A DNA stretch of 64,000 bases from Bacteroidia bacterium. Its GTDB lineage: Bacteria > Bacteroidota > Bacteroidia > 2-12-FULL-35-15. Each line of letters begins with the position of its first letter. Position 1 is the stretch's first letter. Where the stretch lies: assembly GCA_036399275.1 (NCBI GenBank), contig DASWNK010000148.1:1784-65783 (forward strand). The letters run 5' to 3'. The notes below the pieces were generated by a model. It did no database searches. It had not been told where the DNA came from and was given only the letters and a program-made list of their open reading frames with translations. This document shows positions 57,389-64,000 of this stretch, piece after piece. The position numbers and the translations under genes were made by a program.

Positions 57389-58450
57389 TCAATTCTTAAT
57401 AAGCTCCAGCTTTTTCACGTCCAGGATCTTAATATGCCCCTGCACTGTTTCAATCAATCCTTCTTTCCGAAAATCCGTCAGGTTACGGCTTACCGATTCG
57501 GGGGAGATCCCGGCAAGTGCAGAGATGTTTTCGCGCTGCAGGAAGAATGTCTTTTCCTCCTGTCCTTCCAATTGATACTTACTGGAAATAAAAAGCAATG
57601 CTTGGGCCACACGCTTTCGTGCGGAGTCATAAGCCAGCTTTAACAGCTTCTCTTCCGCTTCGGAAATACTAGTTGACAGCAGGCGAATGAACTTCAGCGA
57701 TGTTTCATTATTCAAATGCAACACTTTAAAAAATTCTTCTTTGGGAATCAATACCACTTCTGAATCTTCAATTGCAACAGCTGACTCTTTGTGGCTCTTC
57801 CCATGAAACAAAGCAACATGTCCGAAGAAATCAGCGGTTTTAAAGATCCCGGTAATGTATTCTCTTCCCCATTCGTTTGTTTTATATGTTTTGATCTTTC
57901 CGGAAAGAACAAGAAAAAGAAAATTGGCAGGCTCTGCATCCATAAATAGGAAGCCTTTCTTTTTAATTTTTTTCACTATTCTGTTTTCCGGAAGGAAATC
58001 CAACCCTTTGAATGCATTCTCTGAATGAATCAGATCGTTCAGTTCCTTGAAACTGTTTTCAAACGTTTCTTTGATCATCCTTCTTTTTTTCAAACGGGTG
58101 CCAACCATTTTTAAAAGATCATCTCCGCTGAATGGTTTGGTTAAATAATCATCGGCCCCTAAATCCATTCCTCTTCTGAAATCCTCTGTTTCCATTTTAG
58201 CAGTAAGAAAAATGAACGGAATGCCAATCATTTCCGGAATATTCTCCAAAGCATGCAATACACCATAGCCGTCCAGGTCGGGCATCACGATGTCGCAAAG
58301 GATCAGATCGGGTTTATGTTTTCTTGCAAGCTCGATTCCTTCTTTCCCGTTATTGGCAATAAGGATCCGGTAACCTGATAATTCAAGCAGCCTGTTAATA
58401 TTCTCACGCATATCAGCGTTGTCTTCAATAAGTAGTATTGTATTGTTCAT
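57389..58450 (-). CDS. Response-regulator receiver fused to cNMP-binding domain and Crp/Fnr-type HTH
   Basis: REC domain with LILCDIVMPDLDGY and the conserved K in YLTKP. cNMP-like beta-roll (LVLSGKIKTYK...FFGHVALF). C-terminal HTH ISALAGISPESVSRNLTDFRKEGLI. Confidence 0.82.
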   Translation of the reverse strand: MNNTILLIEDNADMRENINRLLELSGYRILIANNGKEGIELARKHKPDLILCDIVMPDLDGYGVLHALENIPEMIGIPFIFLTAKMETEDFRRGMDLGADDYLTKPFSGDDLLKMVGTRLKKRRMIKETFENSFKELNDLIHSENAFKGLDFLPENRIVKKIKKKGFLFMDAEPANFLFLVLSGKIKTYKTNEWGREYITGIFKTADFFGHVALFHGKSHKESAVAIEDSEVVLIPKEEFFKVLHLNNETSLKFIRLLSTSISEAEEKLLKLAYDSARKRVAQALLFISSKYQLEGQEEKTFFLQRENISALAGISPESVSRNLTDFRKEGLIETVQGHIKILDVKKLELIKN

Positions 58451-58469
58451 CGTTCTATTGTTTAATTAA

Positions 58470-60443
58470 TTAAAATTTGCCAGCCACATTCTCTGCCTTC
58501 CCATCTCGCTCTCCCAATATGGATTCCAGTTCATTTTTATATAGTATTTCTTTTTTCAATAATAATTCTGCCAACTGATCAAGCTTCACTCGATTGCTTC
58601 TCAGGATACGCCGTGTGTGCTCATGCGCTTTCTCCACCAGCTTCCTCACCTCTTCATCGATCATTTGCGCAGTTGCTTCACTATAGGGTTTCTGAAAAGA
58701 ATTTTCATACACTCCGCTTGAATCATAAAAGCTGATATTACCGATCTTGTCACTGAGTCCGAGATTGGCGACCATCATATAAGCCTGTTTGGTTACTTTC
58801 TCAAGATCATCAAGCGCGCCGGAGGACACTTCATTAAACACCACTTCTTCCGCCGTCCTTCCACCCAACGCTGCACACATCCGATCGAAGAACTGTGCAC
58901 GGGTAATTATTTGACGTTCTTCCGGTAAATACCATGCACCACCCAATGATTTACCGCGAGGAATAATGGACACTTTTAGTAGTGGATCTACATGCGGCAA
59001 CATCCAACTTACTATAGCATGACCGGCTTCATGATAGGCAATTATTTTTTTCTCGGCCGGAGAGATGAACTTGGTTTTCTTTTCCAGTCCGGCCACCACA
59101 CGATCAATCGCATCAAAGAAATCTTTGGTTTCCACCACGTCTTTCTTTTTTCTCGCCGCGATCAATGCGGCTTCATTACAAATGTTGGCAATATCGGCAC
59201 CAGAGAAACCAGGTGTTTGTGAAGCGAGGTAATCGACTTCCACAGCTTTATCCAGCTTGAGTGGTTTAAGATGGACATTGAAAATTGCAAGCCGCTCTTC
59301 CTTGTTGGGAAGGTCGAGCTGAATGTGACGATCAAATCGTCCGGGGCGCAGCAGCGCAGGGTCAAGTATATCTGCACGATTGGTTGCCGCAATTACGATA
59401 ACGCCTGTATTGGTATCAAAACCATCCAGCTCGGTGAGCAATTGATTGAGAGTGCTTTCCCGCTCATCATTGGTTTGCATCGACAATGCGCGGCCACGCA
59501 TTCTTCCGATGGTATCGATCTCATCAATAAAAATAATGCTGGGCGCTTTTTGTTTTGCCTTGCTGAATAAATCCCTAACACGGGAAGCGCCGACACCCAC
59601 AAACATTTCCACAAATTCAGGACCTGATAAAGAAAAGAAAGGAACACCCGCTTCACCGGCGACAGCTTTTGCCATTAATGTTTTCCCTGTTCCCGGCGCA
59701 CCAACCAATAAAATCCCTTTGGGTATTTTCGCGCCCAGTTTAGTAAACTGCTGTGGCTGTTTCAGGAATTCCACAATCTCCATCACTTCTGTTTTCGCTT
59801 CTCCATATCCTGCCACATCTTTAAACGTAATGGGACTCAGTTTCCCCTTTTCATACATTTGAGGATTGGACTTTCCGAAATCAAACACGGAAGCGCCCAT
59901 TTTGCCGGTCATGCTTCCCATTCTCCGGAAAATATAAAACCAGAAAAGACCAAGCAAAATCAAGGGAAGGAACCATGAGATCAACGTTCCCCAACCATTC
60001 CCTTTTTGTATATAAGTTACCTCCACCTGCTCCGACTCCGGAAGGCCAATCTCCGCTTCTTCCAGGCGACGCTCAAATGCTTCGATGGACCCAATAGTGA
60101 AGTAATAATGCGGGCCCGGATTGATATTGCCCCATCTTTCTTTTGGAACATCCTTGTATTGTATTTCTTCCAGACTGTCTTTCTTAATGTAGATCTGAGC
60201 AAGTTCTTTGTTAACCACTGTTATTTTCGCCACATCTTTCTCAAGCAGCATTTGTTGCTTGAATCGCTGCCAGGTGGTCTCCTTAGGAGCTGCAGCTGGT
60301 CGTGCAAAATAATTGATGAGTATGAGCAGAATAAAAATAGCGAGGTAGATCCAATAGAATGAAAAAGGCCGCCCACCCCATTTCTGTTGTTCCGGTTCAT
60401 CTCTTCTCCCCTTGTTGCTGCCTCCTGATGTTTCCTGGTCCAT
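58470..60443 (-). CDS. ftsH: ATP-dependent zinc metalloprotease FtsH
   Basis: Two N-terminal TM helices, AAA Walker A GAPGTGKTLMAKAVAGEA, SRH region and zinc site HEAGHAIV. Confidence 0.96.
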   Translation of the reverse strand: MDQETSGGSNKGRRDEPEQQKWGGRPFSFYWIYLAIFILLILINYFARPAAAPKETTWQRFKQQMLLEKDVAKITVVNKELAQIYIKKDSLEEIQYKDVPKERWGNINPGPHYYFTIGSIEAFERRLEEAEIGLPESEQVEVTYIQKGNGWGTLISWFLPLILLGLFWFYIFRRMGSMTGKMGASVFDFGKSNPQMYEKGKLSPITFKDVAGYGEAKTEVMEIVEFLKQPQQFTKLGAKIPKGILLVGAPGTGKTLMAKAVAGEAGVPFFSLSGPEFVEMFVGVGASRVRDLFSKAKQKAPSIIFIDEIDTIGRMRGRALSMQTNDERESTLNQLLTELDGFDTNTGVIVIAATNRADILDPALLRPGRFDRHIQLDLPNKEERLAIFNVHLKPLKLDKAVEVDYLASQTPGFSGADIANICNEAALIAARKKKDVVETKDFFDAIDRVVAGLEKKTKFISPAEKKIIAYHEAGHAIVSWMLPHVDPLLKVSIIPRGKSLGGAWYLPEERQIITRAQFFDRMCAALGGRTAEEVVFNEVSSGALDDLEKVTKQAYMMVANLGLSDKIGNISFYDSSGVYENSFQKPYSEATAQMIDEEVRKLVEKAHEHTRRILRSNRVKLDQLAELLLKKEILYKNELESILGERDGKAENVAGKF

Positions 60444-60591
60444 ACTATTATCTGATATACTTCATATTACCTTCATGCAAAAAAACCGCGCACTTATAAA
60501 ATTCTTAACGCTGATTCTTTTATCCATGAGTAGATAATAAAAATCAATACCACTGGGATTTGTCCGAATGAGATTTGTGGCGGGATTGAAA

Positions 60592-60628
60592 CAAAAAGCG
60601 AAGAGGAATATATTACTCCCTCTTCGCT
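60592..60628 (-). terminator. Terminator of the 60660-61088 gene
   Basis: AGCGAAGAGG / CCTCTTCGCT 10-bp stem. The plus-strand A-run gives a T-run on the minus strand. Confidence 0.7.
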
Positions 60629-60659
60629 TCCATTTTTAAAATTTATATTAAGCGCTGCT

Positions 60660-61088
60660 TTAAAACCTGGTGGGCTTGTTAAGACTTTTTACCATTTGGA
60701 ATATTTTCATTTTCATGAGCTTGAACTCACTTTCAAAATCGTGAAATTTTGTGGCCAACTGCTTGTGTCTCGCACGATACAACTGTTCATCCAATTTGGG
60801 ATCTTCCATCATCTTTGTGAGAAATTTTTCATGCTCCTGAACTTCTCCCTTCAGTGCATCCAGCTTTTCTACAGAGATTTGAATGAGATGTTTTTCAATG
60901 CTGTCTACATCTTTTGCCTGAAACTTCAGAATATCTTCCCTGTCCTTTTCCATGATCAGCTTATAAAAGAATGCGACTTCATCTTTCCAGAATTCTATTG
61001 CATCGAGCCATTCAAGGCTTTCTTCATGAAGAATTTCAATGGGTGCTTCGAGGAGATAGGTTTTTGTGGCGAATGACATTAATTTCAT
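60660..61088 (-). CDS. Hypothetical helical protein
   Basis: 142-aa Glu/Lys-rich helical ORF with its own terminator. The near full-length antisense ORF was judged spurious. Confidence 0.55.
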   Translation of the reverse strand: MKLMSFATKTYLLEAPIEILHEESLEWLDAIEFWKDEVAFFYKLIMEKDREDILKFQAKDVDSIEKHLIQISVEKLDALKGEVQEHEKFLTKMMEDPKLDEQLYRARHKQLATKFHDFESEFKLMKMKIFQMVKSLNKPTRF

Positions 61089-61245
61089 AGGCGAGAGTTT
61101 TAATTTATAAATTATTATTTATTAACTCTTAAAACAAAATTGAGCCAAGCGTCTTTTTTCAGAATGATATTGATCAAGACTAGTGCTGATACGCATCAAA
61201 TATTATCATGAAATTTTCCTTACTTTCACAGAGTGGCTTTATTAT

Positions 61246-61665
61246 ATGAAGCCCTTTTTAGAAAAAATGAGATCATTTAATCCATTCGGGAAAGGAACAA
61301 GGCTGTACAGCATTCTTAATTTGAAATGCCCGCGTTGCCAGGAAGCCAATTTATTTCTTAGCCGGAATCCTTATAACTTAAAGACGTTTGATAAAATGCC
61401 GGATCATTGTCCGGTTTGCGGGGAAGACTTTGTAAGAGAATCGGGCTTTTACTGGGGCGCCATGATGGTGAGCCATGCAAGCACTACATTAATTGCAGTG
61501 ATTGTACATGCCATTGTTTTTTTCTTTGCCGGCTGGAACATTGCGCCTAACATCATCAGCATCGTTACCGTGATCCTTGTTTTGTTCCCCATGGTCTTCA
61601 GAAGCTCGAGAGCGATCTGGATCAATATCTTTGTGAAGTATGATAAGAATTATGTGAAGAAATGA
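61246..61665 (+). CDS. DUF983-family zinc-ribbon membrane protein
   Basis: CPRCQEANLF...CPVCGEDF zinc ribbon followed by two TM helices. ATG at 61246. Confidence 0.7.
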   Translation: MKPFLEKMRSFNPFGKGTRLYSILNLKCPRCQEANLFLSRNPYNLKTFDKMPDHCPVCGEDFVRESGFYWGAMMVSHASTTLIAVIVHAIVFFFAGWNIAPNIISIVTVILVLFPMVFRSSRAIWINIFVKYDKNYVKK

Positions 61666-61697
61666 ATTCGCATTTATAACACATCCTTAACAGCAGC

Positions 61698-62306
61698 ATG
61701 ACTAAAAAAAAAGCGATAAAGCAATTGGATACAAGCCTCTTTAAAGAAGAGCTTCAGAAACGACTAACAGTTTCCGAAGAGGATTATGAGCAGTTTCTTG
61801 CTTTATGGGAACCACAGGAATTTAAACGCAACGAATTTATTCAGCGGAGCGGAGAAGTCCCTAAATGCTCTTTGTTTGTGTTGAAAGGCTGCCTCCGGCA
61901 ATATGTGGTGAGCGAAAAAGGAGATGAGCACATCATTTATTTTGCTGAAGAAAGGCATTTTGTCGGCGATCTTGCCGCCATGCGTAGTGAAACTATTTCT
62001 AATTTCAACATACAAGCTACCGAAGAATCGGCAGTCCTGATGCTCAGTGCTGCTAACTGGGAACTTGCTTTCAAACAATTTCCCTGGTGGGCCGAGATGT
62101 TTATAAAAGGTCATCAGAAATGGGCAGCAAAAATGCAGGAACAAATGGCGAATTCTCTCGCAGAAAGTGCTGAAACGAAATATTTACGGCTGTTAAAAGA
62201 ACGACCTGCCCTTTTCCAGCGTGTTCCACAGCATTATATCTCTTCTTATTTAGGAATCAGCCCTGAAACGTTAAGCCGCATCCGCAAGAAATTATTCAAC
62301 CTTTAG
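61698..62306 (+). CDS. Crp/Fnr-family transcriptional regulator
   Basis: cNMP-binding beta-roll followed by the HTH ISSYLGISPETLSRIRKK. Confidence 0.85.
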   Translation: MTKKKAIKQLDTSLFKEELQKRLTVSEEDYEQFLALWEPQEFKRNEFIQRSGEVPKCSLFVLKGCLRQYVVSEKGDEHIIYFAEERHFVGDLAAMRSETISNFNIQATEESAVLMLSAANWELAFKQFPWWAEMFIKGHQKWAAKMQEQMANSLAESAETKYLRLLKERPALFQRVPQHYISSYLGISPETLSRIRKKLFNL

Positions 62307-62349
62307 GATTTCTTGACATAAGTCAACGTTTTGCAGGTATGACCTGCTG

Positions 62350-62357
62350 TAGTTTTG
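62350..62357 (+). promoter_or_regulatory. Bacteroidota -7 box (TAGTTTTG) with upstream TTTG
   Basis: Perfect TAnnTTTG match 37 nt upstream of the ATG at 62394. A TTTG lies at 62330-62333 with a short 16-nt spacer. Confidence 0.4.
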
Positions 62358-62393
62358 TGCCATAAATATTTATTCATCCAAAAACATAAAAAA

Positions 62394-62669
62394 ATGGCAA
62401 CAACAATTATCAGCACTCAGAAAGTAGAAAACTTCATAAAATGGAAACAAGGTTTTGATGCAGGCGCAGCTATGCGTGCACAAGCAGGAATCGTTATAAA
62501 AAACGTATATCAATCAGTAGATGACGAAAACTCGGTTACTGTGATCTCTGAATGCCCCAATGCAGATATCGCTAAAGCAGTGTTATCCGGCCCTGGAATG
62601 AAAGAAGCAATGGAGAAGAGCGGTGTGATCTCGACGCCGGAAGTGAAAATTCTAAATCAAATCATTTAA
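62394..62669 (+). CDS. Small hypothetical protein (cytoplasmic paralog of the next gene)
   Basis: 91 aa from the ATG at 62394. It shares the pattern V.NF..WK..FDAG...R...GI.V with 62681-63022. Confidence 0.6.
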   Translation: MATTIISTQKVENFIKWKQGFDAGAAMRAQAGIVIKNVYQSVDDENSVTVISECPNADIAKAVLSGPGMKEAMEKSGVISTPEVKILNQII

Positions 62670-62680
62670 TTTAAAACAAT

Positions 62681-63022
62681 ATGAAAAATCTATTAATCCC
62701 TGCAGCCTTGATCCTTCTCTCATTGTCGACGATTGCTTTTAAACCTTTCAGGAACGGAAAGGTTATTATGATCATCTCCATTGAAGTCAAAAACTTCACA
62801 GAATGGAAGAAAGCATTTGATGCAGGCTCGCCGGTAAGAGAAAAGAACGGCATTAAAGTGATCAGCGTTTGCAGCGCTACAGAAAACGAGAACCATGTAA
62901 TCGTAATAGAAGAAGCTGAAAATGCCCAGGCTGCCCACGACTTCTTAACGCTCTTAAAAGCAAAGCAACAATCTGGCGATATATCGAAGATGGATGTTAA
63001 ACTGTATGATAAAGCAGAATAG
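62681..63022 (+). CDS. Small hypothetical protein with signal peptide (exported paralog of the previous gene)
   Basis: 113 aa with the signal peptide MKNLLIPAALILLSLSTIAF followed by the same core pattern. Confidence 0.6.
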   Translation: MKNLLIPAALILLSLSTIAFKPFRNGKVIMIISIEVKNFTEWKKAFDAGSPVREKNGIKVISVCSATENENHVIVIEEAENAQAAHDFLTLLKAKQQSGDISKMDVKLYDKAE

Positions 63023-63031
63023 CTTATAAAT

Positions 63032-63064
63032 AAAAAAAGCCTTACATCTCGTAGGGCTTTTTTA
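63032..63064. terminator. Bidirectional terminator
   Basis: AGCCTTAC / GTAGGGCT stem with one G-T pair, flanked by A7 and T6, between convergent genes. Confidence 0.8.
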
Positions 63065-63088
63065 TTTTAATTACTTAATGACAATAAA

Positions 63089-64000
63089 TTAAATCGTCCA
63101 GGTATTTTTTCCTCTGATCAAAGCATCCAGATCACCTTTGCCTTTGCTTTTAATCGCTTCTGCAATTTGTGCTTCGAATGCTTCTTCATAACAAAAGCGA
63201 TCTTGCTGATAGAATACTCCGAAAGGACGGGGCAATGCATTTTCGGTAGCCGGGTTATCAAAGAAACGAACAAGGATACTTGCTTTCACCTGATCCTTTT
63301 CATCATGGATCCACAGATCATTTGCAGAAGCATCTGCAATGTCTACAATCACCGGTTTGAAACCGTCCAGCTTAATTCCTTTGTCGCCATTCTCACCAAA
63401 CCTCAACGGCTTGCCATGTTCCACCATGAGCGTATTCATTTTCTTGGTTCCTTTTTCGGTAAATACTTCAAAAGCCCCATCATTGAATACATTACAGTTC
63501 TGGTAGATCTCCAGCATGGAAGTTCCTTTGTGTCCATTCGCTCTTTTTAGCATTTCGCGCAAATGAACAGGATCACGATCCATGGAGCGTGCAATAAAAG
63601 TGGAGTCCGCACCAAGACATAATGCCAATGGATTGAAAGGATGATCAATGGAGCCCATCGGTGTCGACTTCGCTACTTTACCAATTGGTGATGTAGGAGA
63701 ATATTGTCCTTTGGTCAGTCCATAGATCTCATTGTTGAACATCAATATATTGACATCAAAGTTTCTTCTTAATAAATGGATCAGGTGATTTCCGCCAATG
63801 GATAATGAATCTCCGTCGCCGGTAACAATCCAAACACTCAGATCCGGACGCGTTGCTTTTAATCCGCTTGCAACGGCAGTAGCACGGCCATGAATACTGT
63901 GCATCCCGAACGTTTCCATATAATAAGGGAAGCGGGAAGAACATCCGATCCCGGAAATAAAAACAATCTGCTCACGGGGAATGCCTAGCTCAGGCATTAC
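63089..64000 (-). CDS. korB: 2-oxoacid:ferredoxin oxidoreductase beta subunit (KorB-like), 5' end beyond the window
   Basis: TPP-binding block [11 protein letters not shown]...[18 protein letters not shown]...[11 protein letters not shown]. The reading frame stays open to the window edge and the usual N-terminal Cys-containing segment is missing, so the gene is partial. Confidence 0.85.
   Translation of the reverse strand, partial: VMPELGIPREQIVFISGIGCSSRFPYYMETFGMHSIHGRATAVASGLKATRPDLSVWIVTGDGDSLSIGGNHLIHLLRRNFDVNILMFNNEIYGLTKGQYSPTSPIGKVAKSTPMGSIDHPFNPLALCLGADSTFIARSMDRDPVHLREMLKRANGHKGTSMLEIYQNCNVFNDGAFEVFTEKGTKKMNTLMVEHGKPLRFGENGDKGIKLDGFKPVIVDIADASANDLWIHDEKDQVKASILVRFFDNPATENALPRPFGVFYQQDRFCYEEAFEAQIAEAIKSKGKGDLDALIRGKNTWTI

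Noticed and set aside
60696-61076. 126-aa ORF antisense to the 142-aa hypothetical gene
   Set aside because: The minus-strand ORF has a coherent helical Glu/Lys-rich sequence and its own terminator at 60592-60628. The plus-strand frame is Phe/Cys-rich and lacks any signal.
63089-64000. korB-like gene lacking its N-terminal segment, possibly a pseudogene
   Set aside because: The frame stays open to the last base of the window, so the truncation is a window-edge effect.
1-64000. Search by eye for CRISPR arrays, rRNA genes, transposases/IS ends and additional tRNAs
   Set aside because: I found no regularly spaced 25-40-bp repeats, no rRNA-like conserved blocks, no transposase-like ORFs and no second cloverleaf. 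A covariance-model scan (tRNA, tmRNA, riboswitches, sRNAs) was not possible here, and small RNAs could have been missed.

Overview
This is a chromosomal segment from a member of the Bacteroidota. The phylum call rests on many T9SS C-terminal sorting domains, a gliding-motility type C-terminal domain, TAnnTTTG -7 promoter boxes and little Shine-Dalgarno signal. The DNA looks AT-rich by eye, but composition was not computed.

Gene content, left to right:
- The proximal dcw cluster on the minus strand (mraZ-rsmH-ftsL-ftsI-murE-mraY), with phased MraZ boxes upstream.
- pabB and tilS.
- A DsbD-family reductase followed by a pentaheme c-type cytochrome and a CRTAC1/FG-GAP protein, both carrying T9SS sorting domains.
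- gmhA, further T9SS cargo, yifB, a putatively exported msrB, yceI, secA, a PduO-type adenosyltransferase, an ABC ATPase, and a 1341-aa gliding-type adhesin.
- tRNA-Val(UAC), followed directly by a 3.9-kb integrated element bounded by a 23-bp direct repeat of the tRNA 3' end. The element encodes only a tyrosine integrase, an HTH/excisionase-like protein, an HUH rolling-circle Rep-like protein, a small-terminase homologue and one small ORF. It is packed with phased short repeats. I consider it the most interesting object in the window: a candidate minimalist phage satellite or integrative RCR element.
- A TPR-SpoIIE membrane phosphatase and a second DsbD paralog with a rewired transmembrane cysteine set.
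- A kaiC-kaiB-hybrid histidine kinase operon, with no kaiA in the window.
- An OMPLA-like protein and a stress-type neighbourhood (MarR, BON, Usp, TerB, REC-cNMP-HTH regulator, ftsH, Crp/Fnr).
- The 3' part of a korB-like gene, cut by the window edge.

No rRNA, CRISPR array or transposase was seen. All family calls come from reading motifs by eye; no searches were run.
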